Under the pieces are notes generated by a model. The model was not told the DNA's origin. It searched no databases and saw only the letters and a list, made by a program, of their open reading frames with translations. From the NCBI GenBank assembly GCA_000934665.2, contig JYFJ02001210.1:1-64000 (forward strand): a stretch of DNA of 64,000 bases, given 5' to 3'. Source of the DNA: Catajapyx aquilonaris (lineage: Eukaryota). Each line of letters begins with the position of its first letter. Position 1 is the stretch's first letter. Below, piece after piece: positions 38,501 to 53,200 of the stretch. The position numbers were made by a program, and so were the translations under genes.

Positions 38501-41500
38501 AAGACCTCTTCCGGTGCCAAAGGAAAAGATACTCTTCTGAAAGGGAAGACTTTCACAATAGTCCGGCTGCTTTCACATGCAAGAAGGAAAATACGCAGAA
38601 GCGAGTCGGTGCAATGTAGAAAAAAACAAGTACATTGTTTTGACGATCCATCAGTCAAAAAATCAGGCTACAATTTATTATCTGGCATATTGCTCTTGCG
38701 GTCGGCTTGCTGTTGCTGATCAGTCCAAAAATAAGTTTTGCTTTGTTACTAATTATTTCGGTAAAGGTACTTGACAAGTAGCTATTTCTACTTGATGGTC
38801 CAGTCAGTCTTATAGTATTAAAATTACGGTTCCCTGCACAATAATATTTGAATAAACTGGAGCTCATAATGGCTGATGAAACTTCAAACTTCAGACGCTT
38901 ATTATCTTGAAATCATTCATATTTCGCAGAATTTCAGACCTTCAGTTAATGATGTAGCATGCTCGTAAATATGATGGAATATTATTTATATTACCGACCC
39001 CCAGTGCAACTAGCCTGCTTTTAAAACCGACATGCACTGCAACACCCCAGCTGAAATGCCACTCCCAAACATAAACAGAGAGAGGCCATCATTATGAATT
39101 AATTTACACTCCACACACACACATACGCACATACGCACACGCATGAGTTACCTTTTGCCTCATGTGAGCAGGCTCGGACTCACACGTAGGCGTGGCCACC
39201 CCCCCCTAAAACTCTCCGAAAATCCCTATACGTCACGCCTACCAATACCACCCCCCCACCTCCCACGCCAATACCCGCAAAAAATAGCCTCCCAATCCAG
39301 TGAGAGCATTCAATTTGGAGTGTATAGAGCAGGATGGACGTTTTGTAGCTGTGTGGAAGGGCGTTTCAACCCTAATGCTTGTCATGTGTATGCATAGGCT
39401 CTAGGTTTACAGGTCGTTGATGCTGCCCGGGTGGAGAGGCCCAGGGGTGGCAGGGGTATAGGGTTGGGGGGGGGGGGGTTACTATACTGATACTAATGGG
39501 AACGGCTTACTGGGGGAGGGGAAGGTAGAAAGGAGAGTGATTTCGGCCTAGAACCAGATTTATGCAGATTGGTCCAATCGTTTCTGATGCGGGTTGCAAA
39601 TTGAGAGTGCGGGGAGAGAGGGGAAGGGAGGAGGGGAGATCAAGCTCTCGACTGCTCTTTAAAATCGTTGGAGCCAATTCATTATGGACTAATTATGAGA
39701 TTCGCGGTGATCCCTTAGCGTTTCAGGGTGAAAGTCGTGCGTCGACCTCTTTCCACCCTTAATGTCAACCCTCCTTTTTTTCCGAAAAAAAAGAGGAACA
39801 AAGTGCATACCCACCCGCCTCAAATGGAGCGTCAATTCCAGTTTGGAGTAATCTAATGTAGGTTTTTGGCATAATAGTCTGTTGGTTTCGGCACTCGGTT
39901 TAGGGTCGGAATGATTGGGTCGTGGCTGAGAGGCCAATCAAATAATTAACAGTGTTGGCCCCAAGGGGAGGGGACTTCCGCTCCTCTAGAGTTTGTGTTT
40001 TTTTATAGTTAAAAAGTGTCAAAATGTGCCTTAAGGTCACACGAGACACAAGGAGGGAGTCAATAGGAGAGGTTTTTGGAGAGTGGCATGAAACGACATA
40101 ACCCCGAGAAAATCCAAGGACTTTTCAAAGCTTATCACCATGATTTGTCAAAAGCGAGTAAAAACCAAGAAATTCACTTAGAATTCGCCTCATTAAATCA
40201 AACAGTACCATAATTCCAACTCATTCTAAACCCAGCACATGCTCCCAAATGAGTCACTTTTACATAAAATAACGACGAGTGTTCCATTCGGTGTGGTTGA
40301 CCTAATCCTGTGTGTTGTGTGGCAAGAAGGAGAAACAGTTTGTCTCCCCTGATTCCATTCAGAGTGTGTCTGTCCCACCAGCACCTCTTTCATCTGCCTG
40401 GGAAACGAATCACCTTGCACCTCCTGCTCGCATCACGCTTCCAGCAATTTCTATACTGGAACATTCCTGCGGGTTTTGCGAACAATCGCCTTCGCATTTA
40501 TTACCGAGATTTGAGCCCGGATAACCTGGAATCCCCCCTACTTGAATAGCGATAATGGACCAGAAAAGAGTAGGGTATATGTGGGTGGGAGGGTGGAGAG
40601 AGAGCTTTACCCCCTCTTTTCCCCCTGCTGTCTCATCCACTAATACACACTCAACCACGTCCGTCTCTACTGGCTATGCACACAAGCCTGTTGGCGTAAT
40701 GCGTTTGGAATTACCGGGCGGTCTGATACACACCCTATAATACCGTCAGCTCGTTTATGCGCCCACTGATCGGGCGGAGATTGCCGGAATTTATGTCAGC
40801 ACAAGTGCACCCGACATTTTTTTTTTGCGACACACCGAGCCCGCACGGAAATGAGGTATTACTTTGACTTTCATGACCGCACTAACTGCTCAACCATTTC
40901 CTGCAGGACGATTTGATTCGTCACTCGAGAGAGGGGAGAAAAAATTGCAACTTGGTTTTTCCATGGGTTCCGCGAATTCCACAGAAACACCCGGTTGAAA
41001 GTCGTGGCAAAAAAACCGAGATTACACGCATGTACATCCTGGCAGTTTTTCCTCCCAAGAGAGATAAGATATAAGGCGGTGTACATCCAGTTGTCAATAC
41101 CGCCTCTTTTGAAAGGTATCGCGCGCACAAATTAGATCATCATTTTCGTCTCTCTACACAGAGTGAATGGTTTCCGCTTCTGCAAACCATTTATTAGCCC
41201 ACTCTCCACACCGGCTGAGTGATAAAACATGGTCTATATAATTAAGCCGAGCAATAATGTTGCAGCAGAACTGCAATTAATTACACAAGAACGGTCCAAG
41301 TAATTACGCACCGGTACACTGAACGCTTTTTATTAACTGTCTCCCCCCCCACACACCTATTGTCCTATGCTAAAACTTTAAACTGAGCTGACACTATTGT
41401 TTAATATACCATCTGCACTAGCCCAAATGGTCTTGTAATCGGAATGCATTCTAGCATGTGAATCAAACGCAATCATTCGTCCGGATCTCTTATCAATGAA

Positions 41501-44500
41501 GTTTGACACCTGATTGCCTTCAAAATTATGTATCTACAATTTGCACCTTCCATTCGAGTAGATGACAAAAGCATCAAGTTCCGATGTCATTTCCCCCAAT
41601 CAGACCTGAGTAAGGCAAGAGGCGAGAACAGACCGCGTCTGGCGAGTCAGACAATACGGGAAATGGCATGACCTTCCTCATTCGAGATGTCCCTGCATTG
41701 TTGCGTGCGTGTATAGTTATATGCAGCGAGGGAGAGAGCGACAAAACCCGAGCCATTCCTCACCCTGCCATCATGTTTATCCCTGGGCGTCCCTGCCGAG
41801 CAGCAGCGGGGAACAAATCTGCCCCTCCATCCCCCCCTCCCGTCCTTTGCAAACTATATACCTTTTCCACCTACCCACTCAAGCTGATTACAAAACGGAG
41901 AGGAGGAGTTGTGCCGTCCTAAACTAAACGCTGCAACATTCGACCAAACCCCCTCCCCATCCCCCCCACCTTTCTAAACACGTCCCCAGCCTCCATTCCA
42001 ATGATACTCATCGATTAGCTTGTTGTAGCCTCTGCGGTTCCATTTGTCAACAGCTTTGCCTAACTTTCAGGAAAGTGAAGAGAGTTGGATTTTTTTGATG
42101 CTGAAACTCTTTTTTTCTGTATCTCTTTCCGGATGGGCCAACACAGCAACTCACTCCTTAAAGCCTTACTACGGAGTGTACATCGGAGACTTGAACAGCT
42201 ATGCACACAATATCAGCGGGAAGTTGTACGCGGTGGATGAGTACACGCTCTACCTGAAGGACCTTTACTACGATGGAAGAGGGCCAGGTAAGTTCTACTT
42301 GTAAATATTTACTTCGCGTGCTTTTAACGCTCATGATGTGGAAGTGCAAATATTTTTAACAGCATTCTGATATTAGGTTTTAAAATGCAAAGATGTGGCA
42401 TTAAATAAGTCATGTAGAGGAGAAATGCGCATAAATTCATAAAATACATTTTTAGTTCTCCCATGTTATGTATAAGTGAATCTGAGCTTTAACAAACAGT
42501 GCCACTGATTTGCTCCAAAAATGTTACCAGCTGGCTTATTTAGGTGGAATAATCCTGTCCCCTATAACATACAGTATATTAACATTGCAGGTCAGTACTC
42601 TTGTTAGATGAGCTGAAAAGAATCAAAGCTGCAGTTTGTTGTATGGCATTTTCCTTTAACTATTGCTTTCCCGGTTTTAATTTAATAATTAGCCACCTTG
42701 AGAAGGGGTGGTCAGTCAAGCTCTGTAGATGCAGAAATTATTTTTACATGCGTTTTATAAAATTTATCACTACTTATTTACTCTCAAAGACTTCTTCCGA
42801 CTGTTTCAGAATATAATATTGATCAAACCTGGCAATAATTATACTTCTAGAGAGAATAATATTTACGTAGGTGATACATATAACTTCTTATCCAAACCTG
42901 ACTTTTATATAGAATTTGCAACAATTCATGAAAATTTCCTTATTTACTTGTAGCCCTATAATAATTCATCTTCCACGTCGTGATTGTTAGACATAATTAT
43001 TATGTGTCATTCGTGCGTTATCGTTGTTGGACCTGCACTTGAACTCCAAAAGTCTAAAAGTAGACTATTATTTTGATTTCAGATGCATATTTCTGGGTTG
43101 GAAAGACCAACAAACCCACCCCAAATGGAATGATTGTGCCCTACCCACACCACTACCAAGGATCGTAAGTATAGAGTTTCTCTCATATACCGTTACTAAT
43201 TTACTCAACCGTAACCCGGGTCGCTCACTCAAGCGTTATTCCTCGTATGCATTCGACGCAAGAACCGATGATTATCTCGATTAAAAAAACATCAGAGGCC
43301 GATAGTTAATTTCACTCGTAATTTTCCTCGATCCTAATTACACCTAACGTATCTTACAATTAAGGTGACATTAGCCACTATTTTTCATTTCATGTCGAAT
43401 TTATGTCGACAGCGTAGACTCCATCTCTAACGTTTTGATGGGGCCTTTTCATTTCCCCATGAGCAACATGAAGCTCAATACCCCTCTTATACACACCTGC
43501 TTATTAAACCTTTCTTCTCCGGTATCAAAACATGCGCAGGTAATGAATAATAATAAAAAAGTCCGCTCATATTTTCAAACGTCAGTCATCTTTTTTTTTC
43601 ATCTTTTGCATACTACTCGGGGCGAGTTTCACCGCGTGCGAGGGCTGCTTCCAGTAGTACACTAAGGGCTGTTGGCCCGAGGGCAGCCGCGGCGTCGACG
43701 TCGTCGTCGTCGTCCTCCTTTATTGGAGGCTGGCGGCGGCAGCGTCGAGGGGGAGGTAAACAGAGTCGTCATAGGAACGGCGCATTTTCTGCCTCTGTGG
43801 CTCCGAAATTACAGCGCAGGGACAGGCGCGGTCAAAAAACCACCTCTTTCTCCACCACAACCTACCTTTCCTTTTTGCGATTCTCAACCCCCTTTGCCCG
43901 CAGAAATGAATCTGGGAGGTTTTTTTTTAAATATATCATATATAGCATATTCATTCCCCGAACCTAATGCTCTAGTGAAAGCCGGTGGCTTTTTGGAACC
44001 GAAACTTTCAAAGGGAAGCTTACACCCTACTTTTTACGGAAAAATGAAGAAAGTGAGCAAATTACGATGATAAAAAAGTGAGGATTCGTGTTCATGTTTG
44101 AGTGTTTTTATACATAGCACGTAAGGACTGCCAGAAATTAATTATTTGAACAACATACCGTAGCATATCGTTTTGAAATCTGATTATTGAATAGAGCAGA
44201 AACTCTGAAAAAATTAGTAGCCCTAATATTTCAATAATAGCCTACAATTATTTATTACGATATTAACTGCGGTAAATCACTGTGCATATAGAGGCTGTAC
44301 CATAGTTTGTGTCTATCCTCATTTGATTACTTGCAGCATTAATTTCAAATATTAATTCAACTAATCTAACTCTTTCTCTCGGAACTCTCACAAAATGTAA
44401 ACACCGACCGCAATTGCGTACGTCGCTCCGGTAACGAAGCAGCGTTTAAAGCTGAAGAGCGTGTATTAATTTCCCTGAAAGTTGTTGAAACAGCAAGCCC

Positions 44501-47500
44501 TTTGCTGCAACCTCATCCGCAGCAACAGCAAGCGAAAAGGGACGGTGTATATATATTCGACGGCATGTTTCATTGATGGGAGTGTACCGGCGACTGGTGA
44601 CAAGGGGCTGTTAGGGCCACGAGAGCTGATCGCCAAGTCGAGAGCTACCCTGATTGCAGAAAGGGGACTGACTTTAAGCGACAGCCTCCAACCAGGAAGA
44701 GAACTATTCGAGCGTTGAGCCTAGGCCCTACAAAGCATATAGAGTGCAGTGACTGTCAGTTGGATCATTGCAATCAAAAAAGGAAAGGGGGGGAAAAATG
44801 TGTCTTTCTATCCGAGTGCTTCGACACGATTTTTATGGATGATTTGTCGCAATATTGCCGGAAGATATTTTTTGGATTTAGATTAGTCCATATACAAGGA
44901 CGTAACAGAAAGCGTTGAATGCAAAATGCATAACATTCACTTGCTAATCGATAAATAAAGTATAGTGCTCGCTTTGTACATTTTCTCTAATTTCTTCTCA
45001 GATATGACGGGACAACTCTCTACAATATCACTTACAGCTCATTATTTGGTATTTGAGAATGGGAAGCAATCTGATACACCCTGTATTTTGCGAGAGGAAA
45101 TGGAGCTTCTCGCTTTCAACCCCTTCCATTCTCGGCATACTTCAGCTTCTGCTCAGAACCACTGTCTTCATCTCAATAATCCTACCTGTATTAAATTGCG
45201 CTAAGTCAAAATCAGTTGACCACGCTAAAACTTGTGTTCGCTACACTCTAGCATTGTTCCTCCAATTTAAACTCTGCAACTCTCCGTCTCAAGTCAGCCG
45301 CACTTTCCCCCGCAAGTCGACTTGTTAACCTCGATTATTCCTAGCAACTTCTTAATCCAGTTGCGAAGCGAGGCGCGCGGTTTGAAACAGTAACAGGAAT
45401 CCTTCACAACAGAAAAAGAGAGGAAAGAGAGAGACTAGCTTATCGTCCTCTCCATTCTCCCCCATGTCCCCATCCCCCTCTGAGAAAGCACCAAATTTAG
45501 AGCCGATCTGATTTAAATCGGCGAGCCCGCTTCCTCCATAAATAGTCCCGTGGGATCCGCCTAAATGATGTCACTCCCGGAAAGCGCCTTGATTGCTACA
45601 ATTCAGCCCGAGTGGGGGCTAACGTTGCAGAGTTGCCTACCCCTCACCCATCGACCCCCTTCCCTTCCCCCATCCACCCACCACTCAAAAATCCTCTCTT
45701 TAAACTTTAAAAGAGCAGGATCATTTCGTGCTCAAAAGTAAAATTGGGCTGATCTCTGGGTTCCAAATGAGCCCACTTATGTGAGATTGCCGGATCGAAT
45801 AATTTCTCTTTGTGTCAACTAGGAACCCCGTTTTACATATGCTTACTCCAAGCAAGCAAGTAAGCAAGCAAAGCCTGAGACAGTTTTCAACTCTTCAAAA
45901 TAATCTCGAGCTAAGATGGGAGGAGGGCTTATTCTCAGGACCATTAGTATGGTAACAGTCTGCGCTCTGTAGCAGTATACATGCTCGGTACATGAATAGC
46001 AAATGATAGCGTCTATACAAAGGGTGGAAAACTAGGTCAGGCAGATAAAGTTGCTGGAGGATGACTAGTTTTGCTCAAATCCTGCGCATATGCCACTAAC
46101 AGCAACACGTTGCCACTTATGCAGAACGGTGCGCTTCACAAGCGAGGGATTCTTTTGCCCCCAGCAACCAGTTCAAATATAAGCAACTGGTTGGAAGAAA
46201 CAATAAAAGCTTCTCCTTAACTGATTTCCGTGACTTGAACTAAGGACTGGAGCATAAATGTCCAAAAAATGACGCTGAAAGATGCGAGAGGTCTGATGAC
46301 AAGGTTTCATTAGAGTGGGTTCCTCAACCAGATACGGTCTCCCGCACACTATAATAATTGATGGTAACGAAGGAAATCATGTCCTGAGCGCTTCATTAAC
46401 GCTCCTCTCCTCTAATTTGAGACTGGATTATTACGTTAAGGATTCACCCGTGAGCACGCTGCGAGTCCAAACCCACTCTTCTGATAGCCGAAGGTTCACA
46501 GCGGTGTGAATTAGTAATAATTTGCAGATTTTTTTGTTTGTTTGTTTGTTCTGCGTGTGGGTCGACCTCAATGCAAATGACGTGCGTTTCGGTTGATGGA
46601 ACCACCCATTTCCTTTTCGCCAATTTCTTCAAACATGCTCATCGCCTCTGTTTCGCAATTCGTATTCGATCTTCCAAAACGAAGCCGACATTCCAGTTCC
46701 CGAAGCAGTCGGAATGCGCTAACGAGTTGTCGAGCTCCACGTACGGCGCAATCTAAATCCTCCTACCCCCCACACCTCTCAGTCCCTCCAACACCATCAT
46801 TACCTTCCAGTTCCTCTGGCGTGTACACTTGGAATTGGAAATGCGACCGGAGGCAGCGGTGCTTTCAATTGCTAGTTAACGATCGGAGACAGAGATGTCG
46901 CAATAAACCTCGCTTCATTAGCCGCCTTGTTAAAAAATACTGCGTATATGTCGAGAATTTTTATCCGCGAGTGATGACGCTTAAACTGTGCAAATGGAGG
47001 GACACGGTTCCCTTGTCGCGCACCTTTATACCCTACTAAAGTGTTGAAACATGCAGACCCTTAAGCATGTACTTGCATTGATGCACTGATTTCATGAATA
47101 ACTCGACGGAACATTTGCACTGATGGAAATTATGATCCAGTTTTCTATAGTTACTCAATTCGATTCAATTAGCCTACAGACTTCGCAAGAAACTCTGGAA
47201 ACTGCAGCTCACAGTTTAACCGAATTTGTCTTCATTTCCAGGGAACCACCAGTGTTGGGTCAATTTTCGGGAGAAGGGGTCATCCTCCGTCTTCCAAACG
47301 GAATCAAGCTGAGGGACATCAAATGGCTGTCCATCTGGTGCCGACGTTTTACGGTAAGACCATCTCTGCAAAGCAGCAAAACCCCTCTTAGAGCTAGGTG
47401 CTGAGCTTTACCTAGCTTTAAAGGGTAACAGGTGCCTGTTACAAACGTCAACATGGCCCCCGAATCCCATCCATTTAAGTTTGTGAAGAGAGTGAGTTGG

Positions 47501-50132
47501 AAAAAAAAGAGTGAGTCGACGGATCCAGTTATGATAGAATCACCTTGTTGGTCTAAAGAACAGCAAACATCTGACTTGTAGGTAGGCGCTTGGGACTCAC
47601 ACAGATTTTCCCGGGGCGTTATTTGTTTTCACCGCCGTTAGGTTTGCAATGCGGGGTTGAGGGCTTCGGTGGAGGAGGAGGAGGAGGGGGTATGTATCCT
47701 GTCTATAGGGTTGGGTTAGGTAGATAGAGTGGGGCTCTGTGAATGGCTATGGAAAGGCTAAAGACGACAGCTTTTCCAAGTCTGGAAGACGACAAAGGCG
47801 CTGGAGCGTTCTCCGACACTCCATCCTTCGCGCTTGGTTTCCTCTTTTAGCCTTCCCCACCACCACCACCACCACCACCACCATCCCCATCCCCCCCAAC
47901 TCTTGCCTCAGGAAATCATATTCTGACAAGAGACGTCGTCGGCACACCCCCAAAATCGAGGATGGAATGGCGGAACATTACTGCCGTAACCTCATCTCAA
48001 GGTCCGCTCGACACTTCCAAGGTCGGTTTCGAAAATGATCGAACCAGGTGATACCAGAAATCAATGGCGGAGTGCATTACGTAACGTAATGAATGCGCCT
48101 CTCTCCTTTATTGCCTGCTCGGAAAAGAAAGCAATGTGCTGTGTTGTGTCGCACGAAGGCTTTCTATATGCAAGGCAGGCGGAAACTACCTTTTATCCTG
48201 GAACAACGGCAATATTCCAGCCTTAATTGTCAGGCAGGTTGCGAGCCCTGCAGGCGCTGAAAGTCAGCCAATCAACTCAGACTGAAAGTATTCCGCAAGT
48301 ATAGCAGCTAGTGCTTTTTACCACTAAGCCGTTTACTTTTAATGACTATAAAATGTAGCTTCTATTTTCAGATTTAGCGAAGGTGTAAATTTTTATTGAA
48401 TGTAAGATGGTCTAGGCTGAAAAATAATTAGACAATTTACATGAAGAGCTAATGGATTTAAACAGGTCCAACTCTAAAATATGCATGACTTAAAGGGATG
48501 TATCCATTCGGCATAATATTATCGCGCAATATTACAATGCCAAACAATACGGGCAATGCCATCAGAGCGTGCTAAATATCTCTGCTGATGGCAAGTACCG
48601 AAAAGCTAGCAAAATTCAAATTATGGCCCATTGTAAATACAGTTGACTCCGGATATAACAGCCTCGGCTATAACAGACTGGAAAGGCTGGTCCCGCTATA
48701 CTTCCATGTATATGGCTATAACAGACCTCGGATGAAAATGTCTGATTTTCTCGGTCCTTTGAAGTCTGTTATAACCGAAGTCTACTGTATTAGGACAGCA
48801 TTTATGTAACAGTTATTAGCACTCTTTAATCATTACAACATTCATAATTGTTTCAAATTATGGTCAAAAGTGTACATGAGACTGTAGTACTCCAGACGCA
48901 CGTCATAAATCATATAATGCTTCCTGAGAGTTCTTCGTTATGGTTCGATCGGCCCTCGGTCAAACAAAAATATAAAAGCAGACCAGGTAACGCAGATAAA
49001 TGATATCTTTTCAAAAACACGATCAGCAAAACTTGTATAAACGCTGTGGAACAAAGTAATTCAGTGAAAACTGCGGCATGTGAAAGGCCCCTTTCCATAA
49101 CTTATCCATGAGACTATCTAGACGGGAGCAGATGGAATATTGCGATATCACCCGCCGCAGTTGCTATTCAGAGTCTTGCGGAGAAGCATCAACTGTATAC
49201 TGCATAAGGACGCCTCCAGGGATGCGATTTAAGCTGATTAGGAAGAATAGCCCATTCAGTACAGTATATACAGCCGGTCAGATTACTGCAGGAACTAACT
49301 TTCGTCCTGCACATGCACAAAGTTATATCTGTCTATTTGCATGTGAAATAATTCAAGCAGTCTGGTCGGTCGCATGGGCAAACCACAATCGGATTCCCAG
49401 AACCCATTTCTCCCTATCCTTCTATCTGGTCAAACGGGAAAGAATATCAGATTTCAATTGAGAAAAAAAAATCCCGTCCAATAATAATGAATAATAAATA
49501 ATTCAGACGCTGCTTCGGGTGGTCGCCTTATCTGCATTCTTTCCTTGTTTTTTTTCTGTAGTAGGGTAAATTACTTGGAATAATTTTATGCTATCCAAGT
49601 TCACTGTTCAACAATGGCTAAAGGGGAGCTGTTGCCGATCCTTAATCCGACAGATTTTTTTAAAAATATATTAAACTATCTGGTGTAGATTTGGCAGTGA
49701 ATCAACTATGAACAAGAACATGTCTTACCCTGGTTCAGTAACCCGTTGTACGCAACAATCAGGACCAGATTCCCTTGCGACTGTTGTTTCTCTGTCAACT
49801 GATTGCCTGAGTGAGCAGTCCACAGCAACTTCTATGGGCAGTGCACGTCACCTTTTGACAAGCCTGTCTAACACCTGTTTACACGGGATGCGTCACACGT
49901 GTACCAATCTCCGCAAGTGACCTATAACACAGCAGAGTCTCCCAGCCTCCCTCCCCCTCAATTCCTAGGTATACGCTCAGCCGTCTTGAGATAAGGGGTA
50001 ACGAGGGGTATCAAAACGGGCGCCCCGGTCATTTGCAGGAAATATGACGGGAAATGTCACCGTAACAGAAAGGTCTAATCCGCCTAGCGCCCCGTATCAT
50101 CGCCAGGCCACGCGGGGCTCACAGGGCAAAAG

Positions 50133-50206
<74 letters not shown>

Positions 50207-53200
50207 CACAACCCAACCCCACCCAACCATCCCATGGGAAAGGCAAAGAGAACCGTGCCACCCCAACCAACCAAAAGGAGAAGTGATTCCGGTAGGAGGG
50301 AGAGAGTGTTCATTTTAGCCAACTTCTGCCCCCCCCCTTTAACATTTTCTTATTGCGACTTATGGGAAGATATTGCGGTCCATTCAAGGATCTGACGCGG
50401 ATTGATATATCAAGCCACTTCTCTCTCGTCCCTCCAAAAAAAACGAACAAAAAATATTCAATTAATATCCGGTCGTCACTCCCAGTACTATTTCGAAAAC
50501 TGGGTTAATATTTTTATCACGTCATGAAATTTTTTTGGAGTTCATTATCGCGTAATTATAATGCGATTTGGGTGACACGTGCTGAGCGATTGATATTCAT
50601 GACTGCAGCATGGTGATGATGCTAATGCTGCATTCAGTTAATTCCCAGCGAATCCGGGTAATGGCATTGAACATTTTCGACGCCTCTCTGTGCGCGCAGG
50701 AGCATTTTTCGCATCATACAGTGTGCAGTACAATGCAGGATCAGGATATAGTTGCAGTTGCGCAAAGCAAGGGCCCTTTTGTACACCATTATGCATTTTT
50801 TGATCCAAAAAGGCGCCCTTTTATGGTTTCAATATCAATAGAGGTTTTAAAATGAGTCGCTCAAACTTTATACATCGCATTATGAAGCATTCATAATCTT
50901 TTTACACTATCATTACATTGGCAATATACATTTAAATTCGCATTCGCGTCATAATACATGGTGGTGCAGTGCCACAGTTTAATAATGGGGGGGGGGGGAA
51001 GAAGAAGGTCTGCTCCGTAAATTTATTTTGAGCGCTTTTTTGACTTTCTCTCCCAAAGTAGCCAATACTCAATGTTTTTGTGCTCTTTCAATTGACTCGA
51101 TTACTCAATTTTAAAGTAATTCTTCCATCGATTTTGGTATTCAAATAGACAGAACGGTTACTTGAGAAGATTAAGATCAAATCTCCTTTAAAATGAGTCG
51201 TCGTGTGTAGGAAATTTAGCAGAAAATGTCTCGAAATTATTGGGAAAGTGGATTGTTCGACACAGAAATCAGTTTGAAGAGAAACAACCCCGTTGGAAGC
51301 AACAGTCAGGGCCATTTTCACACTGCTTATGATTGTTGCTTCTCTTTAAACGGACACTACTCGAGTGAACAGTCCATAACTTTCTCGGGACTCGGGCAGT
51401 GCACCGCCCTGTACAGTGTTGCTGAAGTATACACTTTGCCAAAGTGAGGGCAGACCCAGCCTAGAATAAGCCCTCTCTTGTAATTTATGTACAACACTGG
51501 TACTCTAAAGCTTATCTATGTGGAATTTCGAAGGAAGCGCCCAATTGAGAAGGCTCCCAGTAATAATGTTCTCCGTCGGTATCTCCCACCCTAATTTCCG
51601 AAACTCATGTCGTCAGTGGTTCCGCTCTTTTCGTCCTCCCCCCTCCCCCCCTCCCCCGCCCACCAACCTCCATCTGGCAGACAACGACGAGCAAAAGAGT
51701 TTGTCGAAAAGTCGCCTAAAGAATCGAATAGTCTCCGCAGAATTCGCTCATTTGACTCCACGCAGATCATGGCTTTCCCTCCCCCCCATCCCTTCTTCCT
51801 CCTCATTCCCATTACATCCCCCATCTTCCTGGAAAATCCTTCCCCCGCTGGTCTCATTAATGGTCTCCCTCCCCCTTTCTATCATCACCCATCATTCCCG
51901 TCAACCCCTTCTGTCACCAAAAGGATGACGTCATTGTCCCCTCCCCCATCCAGGAATACGCCAGATTACGTGGGCGGCGGCGCTTTTGACATCGGACAGC
52001 GTGTACCCTGTTTGCCTAAGGTCTTATTTACAAGGGCGATCATGTCGAGCCCCGCATCCATGTAAATCCACTGTTTTCCACAGGTCAGCCCTAAAATAAT
52101 TATGCAAATTAACAAACTCATTTATTTTCAGACTGACAATCTTGTACTATTCTTATGGCCCGTGGAAATAATGCGATGGGTTGTGTAATGCAACCAAAAT
52201 TGGTGACAATGCCTGTAACTAGTGGTGACTGGAGCCAGTTTAATGCAGTGGCGTATTAATCAGCACCTCTTTTCCAGCAGTGTTGTGACCACTGAAGCCC
52301 GACCAAGCTAGCCAGGCAATCGCGAATTGAAAGGGAGGTGGGAGGGAGGGAGCAGGTCCTCCTCCTCCTCCTTCCTCCCCCTTTCCATTTACCCCTTTTC
52401 CCCCCTTCCCCCAACTCTATACCTCCCATCCGGGAATCCGGGATCGATAACTTGGAGTCCATTTGCAACCTCCACTCCATTTAGGCGATGAAACGCCTCC
52501 AGCGCAGTTGACTTTCGTTTTGCGCTGCGATAAAGAAATCAGCATGGTGTGTGGGAGAGGGAGGGAGGGAGGGAGGGAAGGAGGGAGAAAAGGGGAAGGA
52601 GGAGGGAAGGGAAGGGACTTCTTACAAACAGCCTGGCATCGACTTACACGCTTTTGGACCCCCACACATCGATTCTATTTGGATTCATACAGGATATTAA
52701 ATTTCCTATAGGTGATTGCCAGCTGAAGAATAATCAAACGGGCCCCTCAAAAAAATTACAAGGTGGTACGCTACAAGTTGACACTGGGAAGGGGTAAAAC
52801 GCGCTAGTTATTTCCCAGGATGATAAAAATAAATATTGCGGGAATCTTACCTCACAAGGCTTATCATAAAAATATGAATAAAAAACCGTATGAATGGCAA
52901 GGAATGGCGCAAGAGTCAAATTAATCGGTTCCTAGCACACAACAACAACTTCCTTGAGCTAATTCCCTCAGGAAGCAACGTGGATAGCACTCATAATTTC
53001 CACCGGAGCACTTTATCTTGGAAAAAATGAGCCCGATTCATTTCCTACCGCCCGCACACGAGTTCACGCTCTCATTCACACAATTCAGCCAGCGTTAAAT
53101 TCTCAGATATGCCAAGAACAAATTAGATTATTCCAGGCTAACCTTTTCAAAGTGTTTGTTCATCTGAAATTAAACTCCGACGAAGCAAATCCGGACCACC

